Position numbers and translations under genes: made by a program
The notes under the pieces: model-generated
Seen by the model: the letters and a program-made list of their open reading frames with translations, nothing else
What the model was told of the DNA's origin: nothing
Database searches by the model: none
From: Acidimicrobiales bacterium
Lineage (GTDB): Bacteria; Actinomycetota; Acidimicrobiia; Acidimicrobiales; SZUA-35
NCBI GenBank assembly: GCA_041594435.1
Contig: JBFHME010000002.1
Coordinates: 939-64,938 of the forward strand
Length of the DNA: 64,000 nucleotides
Direction: 5' to 3'
Shown: in pieces, positions 16,704 through 25,296 of the stretch
How the letters are laid out: each line of letters begins with the position of its first letter
How positions within the stretch are numbered: the first letter of the stretch is position 1

Positions 16704-17717
16704 CTACAGGGCCGAACTGCATACCGTGTTCGTCATCAACGTGGCGACCACGTAGGGATCGGCATTGGCGTTGGGGCGACGATCCTCGATGTAGCCCTTC
16801 TTGTCCTGGGCCACCTGCCACGGGATCCGGACCGAGGCGCCGCGGTCGGAAACGCCGTAGCTGAACTGGTCGAAGCGCTGGGTCTCGTGGGCACCCGTGA
16901 GGCGGTCCTCGATGCCGACGCCGTAGCCGGCCAGGTGCTCCTCGGGCTTGCCCGGCGCGCCCAGCGATTCGGCGGCGGCGACGACGGCATCGTAGCCCTC
17001 GCGCATCGCCTTGGTGGAGAAGTTCGTGTGCATACCGGCGCCGTTCCAGTCGCCCTTCATGGGCTTGGCCGCCAGCGAGATCTCCAGATGGTGCTTCTCA
17101 CCGATTCGGTACATCAGGTAGCGGGCCATCCAGATGTGGTCGCCGACGGTGACGGTGTCGACCGGGCCGATCTGGAATTCCCACTGACCCGGCATGACCT
17201 CGGCGTTGACACCGGAGATGGCGAGGCCGGCTTTCAGGCAGGCGTCGATGTGCTCCTCGACAATGTCGCGACCGGTGATCTTGACCGCTCCGACACCGCA
17301 GTAGTAGGGCCCCTGCGGAAGCGGGAAGGCATTCGGCGGGAAGCCGGCCGGCCAGCCGCTCGCCGGCTCGAGCATGGTGTACTCCTGCTCCATGCCGAAC
17401 AGGGGCTCGTGGTCGGCGTACCGCTCGAGGGCCTCGCGCGCGGCGGCTCGGGTGTTCGAGGGGTGGACGGCGAAATCGCCGGGTAGCAGCGTTTCGCAGA
17501 GGACGAGAATGTTGTCGCCGCCCCGGAACGGGTCCGGGCAGCTGAAGACCGGCTGGAGGACGACGTCGGAGTTGTCGCCGCTCGCCTGGTTGGTGCTGGA
17601 ACCGTCAAAGCCCCAGATGCCCGGCTCCTCGCCATCGGCCAGGATCTTGGTCTTGGCCCGCACCTCGGCCGTCGGCGCGGTCCCGTCGATCCAGATGTAT
17701 TCCGCTGTGTAGCTCAT
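16704..17717 (-). CDS. glnII: glutamine synthetase type II
   Basis: The sequence MSYTAEYIWIDGT..GFDGSSTNQA..NILVLCE..GPYYCGVG..NAEVMPGQWEFQIGP fits a eukaryote-like GSII of 337 aa. Confidence 0.85.
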   Translation of the reverse strand: MSYTAEYIWIDGTAPTAEVRAKTKILADGEEPGIWGFDGSSTNQASGDNSDVVLQPVFSCPDPFRGGDNILVLCETLLPGDFAVHPSNTRAAAREALERYADHEPLFGMEQEYTMLEPASGWPAGFPPNAFPLPQGPYYCGVGAVKITGRDIVEEHIDACLKAGLAISGVNAEVMPGQWEFQIGPVDTVTVGDHIWMARYLMYRIGEKHHLEISLAAKPMKGDWNGAGMHTNFSTKAMREGYDAVVAAAESLGAPGKPEEHLAGYGVGIEDRLTGAHETQRFDQFSYGVSDRGASVRIPWQVAQDKKGYIEDRRPNANADPYVVATLMTNTVCSSAL

Positions 17718-17723
17718 TGGTAA

Positions 17724-17835
17724 CTCCTGTTACTCCCGACAAAGGTTCGATGGTCAGTTTCCACAACCGGGTTCCTCCACTAGATGACGACGTTGTCGGT
17801 GTCAAGGCGTACCCTCCTGTTACTTAACCGGGTTC
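17724..17835. promoter_or_regulatory. duplicated motif pair in the glnII/glnA divergent control region
   Basis: CTCCTGTTACT occurs at 17724-17734 and again at 17814-17824. AACCGGGTTC occurs at 17765-17774 and again at 17826-17835. The wider region 17718-17988 is enriched in GTnAC pentamers (17720, 17729, 17819, 17860, 17923, 17968). Confidence 0.35.
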
Positions 17836-17988
17836 GAGACCGACATACAAATCGACAATGTTAACGCTGTGTGAATCGTGCTCGCCACCCGACGAAGGCC
17901 ATGGCAATCGGGCGCCGGCGATGTTACTAATCGAAGGGTGTCTACAGACGGCGATAACATCCGAGGTGTAACCACGGGAGCTGCAACG

Positions 17989-19329
17989 ATGACCGACCGC
18001 CAGATCGACTATGTGCTCCGCGCTGTGGAGGACCGCAACGTGAAGCTGATCCGGCTCTGGTTCACCGACGTCGTCGGCCAGCTGAAGTCGGTGGCGATAG
18101 CGCCGATGGAACTCGAGAACGCCTTCAGCGAAGGTGTGCATTTCGACGGTTCCGCAATCGATGGTTTCAGCCGAATCCAGGAATCGGATGTGCTGGCCAA
18201 ACCCGATCCGGCCACGTTCGAGTTGTTGCCGTGGACCGACGCCGGCACCACTGCCAGGATGTTCTGCGACATCCATCATCCCGGGGGTCAACCGTTCGAG
18301 GGCGATCCCCGCTACGTGCTCCGCCGGAACCTCGACGATGCCCTGGCCGCCGGTTTCAGCTTCTTCGTGGCCCCCGAGATGGAGTTCTTCTACTTCGCCG
18401 ACGGTGACCCGTCGAAGACCCCAACCCCGCTCGACTCGGGTTCGTATTTCGACCTGACCACCAGCGACGTTGCGTCCGATCTACGCCGGCGCACCATCTC
18501 TGTTTTGGAGGCCATGGGCATCCCGGTCGAGTATTCGTTCCATGAGGACTCGCCCTCGCAACACGAGATCGATCTCCGGTACACCGACGCCTTGACGATG
18601 GCCGATCAGATCATGACGTTCCGGCTCGTGGTTCGGGAGCTGGCAATGGAGCAGGGCCGGTTTGCCTCGTTCATGCCCAAACCGCTACTCGGCCTGCAGG
18701 GCTCGGGCATGCACCTGCACCTCTCCCTGTTCGAACGCGACGAGAACGCGTTCCACCCTGCGGAGGGCGAGAGCGGGGAGGTCATGTCGGCAGTGGGTCG
18801 AAGCTTCATGGCCGGCCTGCTGACCCACGCCCGGGAGATCACCGCGATCACCAATCAACTGGTCAACTCCTACAAGCGGCTCGTCGTCGGCTTCGAGGCT
18901 CCCGTGTGGGTGTCGTGGGCCAAGAACAACCGGTCGGCTCTCATCCGGGTTCCGGTGACCAAACCCGACAAGCCCAGCTCGACCCGAATCGAATTCCGGT
19001 CCCCCGACCCCGCCTGCAATCCCTACCTGGCCTTCGCGGTGATCCTGGCCGCCGGCATGGCCGGCGTGCGAGGGGGCTACGAGCTGCCCGAAGAGATCCA
19101 CGACAACCTGTTCGAACTCTCTCCGGCCGAGGCCGAGAAGCTCGGTGTCCAGCCACTTCCGCGCTCACTGGCCGAAGCCCTCGACGAGATGGAGAAGTCG
19201 GAACTGGTCCACGACGCGCTCGGCAGTCACATCTTCGAATGGTTCCTGCGCAACAAGCGCAGCGAATGGGGAAGCTACAAACTCCACGTCAGCCAGTGGG
19301 AGCTCGAGAGGTACCTGCCATCGTGGTAG
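17989..19329 (+). CDS. glnA: glutamine synthetase type I family (446 aa, GlnA2-like length)
   Basis: I trimmed the start to ATG 17989 (MTDRQIDYVLRAVEDRNVKLIRLWFTDVVGQLKSV), with a GGGAG 8 nt upstream. GS motifs are present: FDGSAIDGF, MEFFYF, GSGMHLHLSLF and NSYKRLV. Confidence 0.85.
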   Translation: MTDRQIDYVLRAVEDRNVKLIRLWFTDVVGQLKSVAIAPMELENAFSEGVHFDGSAIDGFSRIQESDVLAKPDPATFELLPWTDAGTTARMFCDIHHPGGQPFEGDPRYVLRRNLDDALAAGFSFFVAPEMEFFYFADGDPSKTPTPLDSGSYFDLTTSDVASDLRRRTISVLEAMGIPVEYSFHEDSPSQHEIDLRYTDALTMADQIMTFRLVVRELAMEQGRFASFMPKPLLGLQGSGMHLHLSLFERDENAFHPAEGESGEVMSAVGRSFMAGLLTHAREITAITNQLVNSYKRLVVGFEAPVWVSWAKNNRSALIRVPVTKPDKPSSTRIEFRSPDPACNPYLAFAVILAAGMAGVRGGYELPEEIHDNLFELSPAEAEKLGVQPLPRSLAEALDEMEKSELVHDALGSHIFEWFLRNKRSEWGSYKLHVSQWELERYLPSW

Positions 19330-19409
19330 GCCGGCAGTCGTCCGACTCCGGCTCGGGGCCGAAACCGGGCCCAACTTCCCCCGCCGATTCGGAGCGGCCG
19401 CACTCGGGG

Positions 19410-20102
19410 GTGCTCGCCGTGTGGCCCGATCCTCCGCCGGTGGAACTGGTCCGGTTCTTCGACCTGGAGGGCTACCGCTGGAAAACGGTGGATGGCGAGA
19501 TCGGGAACGGCGGCCGTGACGGCACCGAAGGCGATGACCGGTTGCAGTGGGATGGTGCGGTCGCCAGCCTGACCGACGAGAACGGCGAGGGCGAGCGCTG
19601 CTGGCGGTTTTGTCAGGCGACACGTTCCGAGGACACGCCGGTTCTCCTGCTGGTCGGTGGCGGGTTGCTCGATGTGCTGACCGACCGCCACGAGTATTTC
19701 GATGACTTCATCATCACGCCGTTCCATCCTCAGGAACTCAAGTCACGGCTCGACCTGCTGTTGACCAGAGCGGGCAAGGTCAGTGGTCGGGGTGACCTCG
19801 TGACCTACGGTCCGCTCGTGCTCAACATCGAGACCTACCAGGCGGTCATCGACGGCCGCCATCTCGACCTCACCTACATGGAATACGAGCTGCTGCGCTT
19901 CCTGGCGTCGAGCCCCGGCCAGGTGTTCACCCGCGAGACGCTCTTGAATCGTGTGTGGGGCTACGAATACTACGGCGGCGCCCGCACCGTCGACGTCCAC
20001 ATTCGCCGGCTCAGAGCCAAGATGGGCGAGGACCACAGTTCGCTGATCGCAACCGTGCGAGGCGTCGGCTATCGCCTCGGCCAGTCTCGCTGGACCGCCT
20101 GA
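19410..20102 (+). CDS. glnR: GlnR-like orphan OmpR-family regulator (atypical receiver + winged helix)
   Basis: The C-terminal winged helix reads LDLTYMEYELLRFLASSPGQVFTRETLLNRVWGYEYYGGARTVDVHIRRLRAKMG..VRGVGYRL. The N-terminus is receiver-like but degenerate. There is no partner kinase, and the gene sits directly after glnA. The start is uncertain; in-frame GTG candidates are at 19323, 19410 and 19419. Confidence 0.6.
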   Translation: MLAVWPDPPPVELVRFFDLEGYRWKTVDGEIGNGGRDGTEGDDRLQWDGAVASLTDENGEGERCWRFCQATRSEDTPVLLLVGGGLLDVLTDRHEYFDDFIITPFHPQELKSRLDLLLTRAGKVSGRGDLVTYGPLVLNIETYQAVIDGRHLDLTYMEYELLRFLASSPGQVFTRETLLNRVWGYEYYGGARTVDVHIRRLRAKMGEDHSSLIATVRGVGYRLGQSRWTA

Positions 20103-20165
20103 CGTCTCCGGCCGAGCGGTGCTGCGAGACGCCGTCCGGCACAACCCGGCGTGCGACGTTCGCGT

Positions 20166-21434
20166 TCAGGGAAAGATGCCGCGGCGGTCGTAGACGTCGA
20201 TGATGCGATCGAGGGCCACGATGTAGGCGGCATCCCGACGGGTGCAGTTGTAGGCCCGGTGAGCGTGCACCACCCGGTCGTGAGCGAGCCACATCAGCTC
20301 CCGAAGACGGGCGTCGACGTCGTCGAACGACCAGGCTCGGGCCGACTTGTTCTGCAGCCACTCGAAATACGACACGATCACGCCGCCGGAGTTGGCCAGG
20401 ATGTCGGGAACGACATCGACGCCGTTGGCGAACAGGTACTCGTCGGCCTCGTGAGTGGTCGGACCGTTGGCCGCTTCGACCACCACCTTCGCCGACAGTG
20501 CCTTCGCCCGGTCGAGGGTGAGCTGGTTCTCGAGCGCGGCAGGTACGAACACATCGGTCTCGACCCGGAACAGCTCCTCCGTCTCGACCCCATCGGCCAG
20601 GTCGAAGCCGACGACACCCCCGGTCTCGGTGACGTGGTGGCGGAGCTTGGCGATGTCGATGCCGTCGGTGTTGACGACGGTTCCGGTGTGGTCGGCCACG
20701 GCCTTGATCCTGCAGCCGGCGTCCGCGGCCAGATCCGCGAAATGACTGCCGACGTTGCCAAAACCCTGCACGCTGATCGACAGCTCGTCGAGACGGGCGT
20801 CGTGCTCGCCGCACCAGTGCCGGAGACTGTAGAGCACGCCGCGCCCGGTGGCGGCCTCACGGCCGACCGAGCCACCACACGCGATCGACTTGCCGGTGAC
20901 AACGCCTTTCACGCTCTGCCGGAATCCCGGCGGAGAGATGTTGGCGTAGGTGTCCATCACCCAGTCCATCGTCTGGGCCGATGTCCCCATGTCCGGGGCG
21001 GGGATGTCGTGGTCGGGCCCGATGTTCGATCCCAGGGCGTGGGTGAAGCGACGCACGATTCGCCGCATCTCCTCGGCCGAGTAGTCACTCGGATCGATGG
21101 TGAGCCCCCCCTTGGCTCCACCAAAGGGAATACCGCCCAGCGCCGTCTTGAAGGTCATCCAGGCGGCCAGCGCCCGGACTTCGTCGAGGTTGACCCTCGG
21201 GTGAAATCGCAGGCCGCCCTTGTAGGGCCCGAGGATGTTGTTGTGTTGAATTCGGTAACCGGTGAAGACCTTCATCGACCCGTCGTCGAGGGTCACCGGA
21301 AAGTTGACGATGATCTCGTTCTTCGGATACGAGAGGATCTCGCGATACCGGGGCTCGAGGTCGATCAGGTCGGCGGCTCGCTGAAACTGAGCCACGGCCA
21401 CTTGGTGAAGGCTCCGTTGCCCTCCTGGCGTCAT
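20166..21434 (-). CDS. gdhA: glutamate dehydrogenase (Glu/Leu/Phe/Val dehydrogenase family)
   Basis: I trimmed the start to ATG 21434 (MTPGGQRSLHQVAVAQF...). The motifs KGGLRFHP..VRALAAWMTFKTALGGIPFGGAKGG and the Rossmann motif VQGFGNVG are present. Confidence 0.85.
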   Translation of the reverse strand: MTPGGQRSLHQVAVAQFQRAADLIDLEPRYREILSYPKNEIIVNFPVTLDDGSMKVFTGYRIQHNNILGPYKGGLRFHPRVNLDEVRALAAWMTFKTALGGIPFGGAKGGLTIDPSDYSAEEMRRIVRRFTHALGSNIGPDHDIPAPDMGTSAQTMDWVMDTYANISPPGFRQSVKGVVTGKSIACGGSVGREAATGRGVLYSLRHWCGEHDARLDELSISVQGFGNVGSHFADLAADAGCRIKAVADHTGTVVNTDGIDIAKLRHHVTETGGVVGFDLADGVETEELFRVETDVFVPAALENQLTLDRAKALSAKVVVEAANGPTTHEADEYLFANGVDVVPDILANSGGVIVSYFEWLQNKSARAWSFDDVDARLRELMWLAHDRVVHAHRAYNCTRRDAAYIVALDRIIDVYDRRGIFP

Positions 21435-21487
21435 GTCACATCCTGTCGGTCGTTGGCCGGTGGGTTGAAGGCCTCGCCCGACGCGTC

Positions 21488-22753
21488 CTAGCGAGGACCG
21501 ATGGCTTCCAGACCACCGCAGTAGGGTCGTAGGACCTCGGGAACGGCAACGGTTCCATCCGGCTGTTGATGATTCTCGAAAATGTACAGCAGGGTTCGGC
21601 CGATCGCGCAGGCCGTGCCGTTCAACGTGTGGACGAGCACATTGCCGCCGCCCGATTGGCCGTCGGCTTTCATCCTGGTGCTCATTCGGCGGGCCGAGAA
21701 GTCGGTGTAGTTCGAGCACGACGTGACCTCGCGGTAGCGCTGCTCCGACGGCAGCCAGACCTCGAGGTCGTACTTCTTGGCCGCCGGGGCACCCAGATCC
21801 TTCGAGGCCACCGTGATCACCCGATAGGGCAGGTCGAGGCCGCCGACAATCGACTCCTGCAGCTCGCGTAGCAGCTCCAACTCGTCCCACGACCGGTCGG
21901 GATGGGTGTAACTGAACATCTCGACCTTGTCGAACTGGTGGACCCGGAACAGGCCGGAGGTGTCCTTGCCGTAGGTGCCGGCCTCCCGACGAAAACAGCT
22001 CGAATAGCCGGCATAGCGGATGGGCAGATCGGCCTCGTCGAGCCGCTCCTGGCGGTGCAGACCGGCGAGGGCCACTTCCGAGGTACCGATGAGATAGAGC
22101 TCGTCGGCCTCGACGGCGTAGACCTGGTTGCGGTCGGTGGGGAAGAATCCGGCCAGCTCCATCATCTCCTCCCGCACCAATACGGGGGTGATGACCGGGA
22201 CGAACCCGTGGGCCGAGATCTTGTCGATGGCGTAGTTCACCAGTGCGAACTGGAGGCGCACGGCGTCGCCCAGGATGTAGGCGAAACGGCTACCCGACAT
22301 GCGGACCGCCCGTTCCGTGTCGACGATGCCGAGGTGTTCGCCGAGCTCGCCGTGGGTGAACCGCGGCGCCGGGGGCGTGTCGCCCACCACCTTCTCGGTT
22401 CGGAAGTCCTCCTCGTCGCCGACCGGGACCGTCTCGTGGGCCGGGTTGGGAATGGTGAGGGCGAGCTCGTCGAGTTCGGCTTCGACAGGGCCCAGCGCCT
22501 CCTCGGCCGCGGTCAGACGGGCCTTGAGATCGGTGGCCGCGGCGATCTTGGCGTCGCGCTCGTCGGGGGCGGCCCGTCCGATCTCCTTCGACGCGGCGTT
22601 CGACTCGGCCCGCAGTGCCTCGGTCTCGGTGCGGGCGGCCCGATGGGCCTCGTCGAGTTTGAGAACGCGGTCGATGACATCGGCGTCGATGCCCTTGGCC
22701 ACCGCGCCCTGGCGGTACTCCTCGTCATCTCGCAATCGGCGTAGATCAATCAC
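21488..22753 (-). CDS. serS: seryl-tRNA synthetase
   Basis: The sequence MIDLRRLRDD..., an N-terminal coiled-coil arm and class II motifs (GYSSCFRREAG, VHQFDKVE, LNGTACAIGRTL) fit a 421-aa SerS. Confidence 0.9.
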   Translation of the reverse strand: MIDLRRLRDDEEYRQGAVAKGIDADVIDRVLKLDEAHRAARTETEALRAESNAASKEIGRAAPDERDAKIAAATDLKARLTAAEEALGPVEAELDELALTIPNPAHETVPVGDEEDFRTEKVVGDTPPAPRFTHGELGEHLGIVDTERAVRMSGSRFAYILGDAVRLQFALVNYAIDKISAHGFVPVITPVLVREEMMELAGFFPTDRNQVYAVEADELYLIGTSEVALAGLHRQERLDEADLPIRYAGYSSCFRREAGTYGKDTSGLFRVHQFDKVEMFSYTHPDRSWDELELLRELQESIVGGLDLPYRVITVASKDLGAPAAKKYDLEVWLPSEQRYREVTSCSNYTDFSARRMSTRMKADGQSGGGNVLVHTLNGTACAIGRTLLYIFENHQQPDGTVAVPEVLRPYCGGLEAIGPR

Positions 22754-22813
22754 ACTGTGAACACTAGTTGCTGATCGGCTGGGCTGCGCGGGATTCAGTC
22801 GTTGTGGCGAAGA

Positions 22814-22990
22814 TCAGTAGTTGGTCGACAGCAGCTCGGATCCGGGGTCGGCCTTCTCCGCGTTGTCCTTCAGCAGGAATCCCATGAGCGCCGCCGCCAG
22901 CGTCGTGCTCATGAGGAAGCCGACGGGAATGACGACGACGAGTACGAGCACCATGATGATCGGTCCGAGCATGGACCCAGTGTGCCTCAT
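22814..22990 (-). CDS. small hydrophobic protein (hypothetical)
   Basis: The sequence MLGPIIMVLVLVVVIPVGFLMSTTLAAALMGFLLKDN suggests 1-2 TM segments. The start is ambiguous (22972, 22990 or 23023). Confidence 0.35.
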   Translation of the reverse strand: MRHTGSMLGPIIMVLVLVVVIPVGFLMSTTLAAALMGFLLKDNAEKADPGSELLSTNY

Positions 22991-23065
22991 CCGGAGCCAC
23001 CCACCCAACACTTCCTGCACCAAATGCGCATCATGCGCGGATTGTTCAGGAAGAGTTGGGAGGGG

Positions 23066-23416
23066 TCAGGAGCCGGTGTGAATCCAGGCCTCGATCTCGA
23101 TCCGGGCGCCGAGCGGGAGCTGGGCCACCGCCACCGCGGAGCGAGCCGGACGATGATCGCCGAAGAAGCCGGTGTAGATGTGGTTCATCTCGGCGTAGTC
23201 GTCCATGTCGACGAGGAACACGGTGGTCTTCACGATCTGATCGAGCCGGGCGCCGTTGCCCTCGACGAGACCCTTGAGGTTGGCGAGCGCCTGCCGGAGT
23301 TCAGCCCCCATTCCCCCCTCGACCAGGGCACCGTCGGCGATTCCGACCTGCCCGGATGCGATCAGCCAGTCTCCGGCGGCCACGATCGGGGTGTAAGGAC
23401 CTACGGGCTTGGACAC
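23066..23416 (-). CDS. ridA: RidA/YjgF family deaminase
   Basis: I trimmed the start to GTG 23416, with a GAGGAG 4 nt upstream. The sequence reads VSKPVGPYTPIVAAGDWLIASGQVG..KTTVFLVDMDDYAEMNHIY..RPARSAVAVAQLPLGARIEIEA. Confidence 0.85.
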   Translation of the reverse strand: MSKPVGPYTPIVAAGDWLIASGQVGIADGALVEGGMGAELRQALANLKGLVEGNGARLDQIVKTTVFLVDMDDYAEMNHIYTGFFGDHRPARSAVAVAQLPLGARIEIEAWIHTGS

Positions 23417-23466
23417 GGGAACTCCTCGGGGTCGACGACGGATGCGAGCAAGTGGAAGGGTAGCAA

Positions 23467-25191
23467 CTACCGGCGCGGCTGGTCCCGACGGGGCGGGAAC
23501 GAGTCCGGTGCGAGCCCGATCGGCCAGTCGCGCGGGCAACCCCGGGCCAGCCACCCGGCGGCGGCCACCGCCACGAACACCGCGTCGGAGCCGTTCACCG
23601 GCTCACCGTCGGACTCGATCAGGTCGACCTCGATGCGAGGGGTGTCGACAGCTCGCAACACACCGAAGCTCCGGATCGTGAGATCCTGGACCTCGCCGGA
23701 TTCGTCGACCGCAAGGGCCTCACTGGTGAGCCACGACCACGCCATGTGGGCGGCACCGATGCAGTAGGAACGGAGGACGATGGCGTCGAGAATCGGTCCA
23801 CATCGGACGGCGACACGGATCACGGTATCGGATCCGCCGGCACCGAGATCGATCTCCACCTCCGCTTCGGCACTCGACGGCGAGCGCACCGTACCGACCC
23901 GGCCGGCCAATCCGGCGAGCAGGATTCGGGCCTCGGCCCAGCCCGAACCCCGCACCGCGATCGACGTCGGTGGCCCCGGCACCGCCACCTGCTCGATGTC
24001 GATCCCTCCGTCGAAACCCGCGGCCCGGAGGCCGCCCGTGATCGCAGCGTCGGCGCCCGGCGTGGCGACAACGCGAAACGACGCACGGTCGGTGTCGATC
24101 CCCGCGGCCAGCGGTGGACGCTTGAACCCGAAGCGGGCGACATCCTCCCGGCTGGCGAGTACCAGCACCGGGTGGTCGTGATCGTCGGCCAACCTTCGAG
24201 CCACGGCCGCCACATCCAGCGCCTCGACGACCGTCCCGCCGCCCGCAACGACTTTGGCCCCGAACGCTCCCCCGTTTGCCACGGTGGTGTAGGGCGTACC
24301 GCCGGGGGAACACCACGACGCGTCGGTTTCGAGATAGGCCGGATCGACCCAGGTGGTGCGCAGCGCGACATCCCAGTCACCCGGCGGCACGTCGAGGGGC
24401 CACCGGTGGGGAGCGGTTGTTCGCCGACCCTGGACCTTGCCGGCGCGGACACGGGCCTCGGCCACCGAATCCGCCACCACCCAGGAGCCGTCGGCTGTGC
24501 GCAGCGCCACCAGTGCGTCGGTCGGGGCGGTGTCGGCGGCAAATCCACCATGACCGAGGGCCACATCGGGTCCGACCATCTGGGCGGCGCCACCCTCGAG
24601 TGCGGCTCGGCGAGCGGCCGCACCGAGATCCCGGGTCGATCCCGCGGGCGCCGAGGACGGTCGGCGGTGATAGCGGCCCCACGCCTCGCCGATGGTTTGC
24701 CAGCCGGTACACCGGCAGAGGTGGGCGAGGAGCGCCTGGTTCACCGCAGGCTCCGCCGTCGCATCGGACCGCGACCCGCCAACCGGATCCGGACCCACGC
24801 CATCGGCACCGGCCGCGTCGCCGGCACCGGAACCCGCCAATCGCATGATGATGCCGGGGGTACAGAATCCGCACTGGCTGGCCCCGGTGGCGCAGAACAC
24901 CTCGGCCCACCGATCACGGTCGTCGAGGCCCTCGATCGTGGTCACGGTGCGGCCCCGAACCCGTCGGACCGGCGTCACACACGCCACCCGTGGTTGACCG
25001 TCGACCAACACCGTGCAGCATCCGCACTGGCCCTGCGGACTGCAGCCGTCCTTCACCGAGAGCAGCCCGAGCTGATTCCGGAGCACGTCGAGCAGTGAGA
25101 GCCCGCGGTTGACCGATCCGCCGCCCCCGGAACGGTCGTCAACCGCAATCTCTCGACCGTTCACCATCAGCGTCACCGGGCTGTCGACCAC
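23467..25191 (-). CDS. fusion of a CoxS-type [2Fe-2S] small-subunit domain with a short xanthine dehydrogenase/aldehyde oxidase molybdopterin-binding-like domain
   Basis: Fer2/Fer2_2 motifs are present: CSPQGQCGCCTVLVDG, SQCGFCTPGIIM and LCRCTGWQ. The remaining ~420 aa carry GGAFGAK and C-terminal XDH-like segments. Start candidates are 25191 (GTG), 25176 (GTG) and 25167 (ATG). The track start at 25416 would overlap the divergent gene. Confidence 0.6.
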   Translation of the reverse strand: MVDSPVTLMVNGREIAVDDRSGGGGSVNRGLSLLDVLRNQLGLLSVKDGCSPQGQCGCCTVLVDGQPRVACVTPVRRVRGRTVTTIEGLDDRDRWAEVFCATGASQCGFCTPGIIMRLAGSGAGDAAGADGVGPDPVGGSRSDATAEPAVNQALLAHLCRCTGWQTIGEAWGRYHRRPSSAPAGSTRDLGAAARRAALEGGAAQMVGPDVALGHGGFAADTAPTDALVALRTADGSWVVADSVAEARVRAGKVQGRRTTAPHRWPLDVPPGDWDVALRTTWVDPAYLETDASWCSPGGTPYTTVANGGAFGAKVVAGGGTVVEALDVAAVARRLADDHDHPVLVLASREDVARFGFKRPPLAAGIDTDRASFRVVATPGADAAITGGLRAAGFDGGIDIEQVAVPGPPTSIAVRGSGWAEARILLAGLAGRVGTVRSPSSAEAEVEIDLGAGGSDTVIRVAVRCGPILDAIVLRSYCIGAAHMAWSWLTSEALAVDESGEVQDLTIRSFGVLRAVDTPRIEVDLIESDGEPVNGSDAVFVAVAAAGWLARGCPRDWPIGLAPDSFPPRRDQPRR

Positions 25192-25296
25192 GAACCGATC
25201 ATAGGGACAGGCCCGGCAACCGGCACCACGGCCCGGTTCGAGCCGCCCGTCACGGCGACGGCCCGTCCGGCTGCCGAGCTTGTAGCGTCTAAACCC

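Noticed and set aside
15357-17486. A 709-aa plus-strand ORF covers the MFS and glnII loci. Similar long antisense ORFs occur elsewhere, for example 34036-35775(-), 6228-7475(-), 49498-50553(+), 20151-21491(+) and 32645-33913(-).
   Set aside because: Each one lies opposite a gene with clear family motifs (MFS/GSII, SelB, NadE, Rieske oxygenase, GDH, SelA). Each has an Arg/Gly/Pro/His-rich low-complexity composition. I treat them as GC-driven open frames, not genes.
17718-17988. A canonical GlnR box (gTnAc-n6-GaAAc, twice).
   Set aside because: Several GTnAC pentamers are present, but none is followed at 6 nt by a GAAAC-like b-site. I report only the enrichment and the exact repeats, not a GlnR box call.
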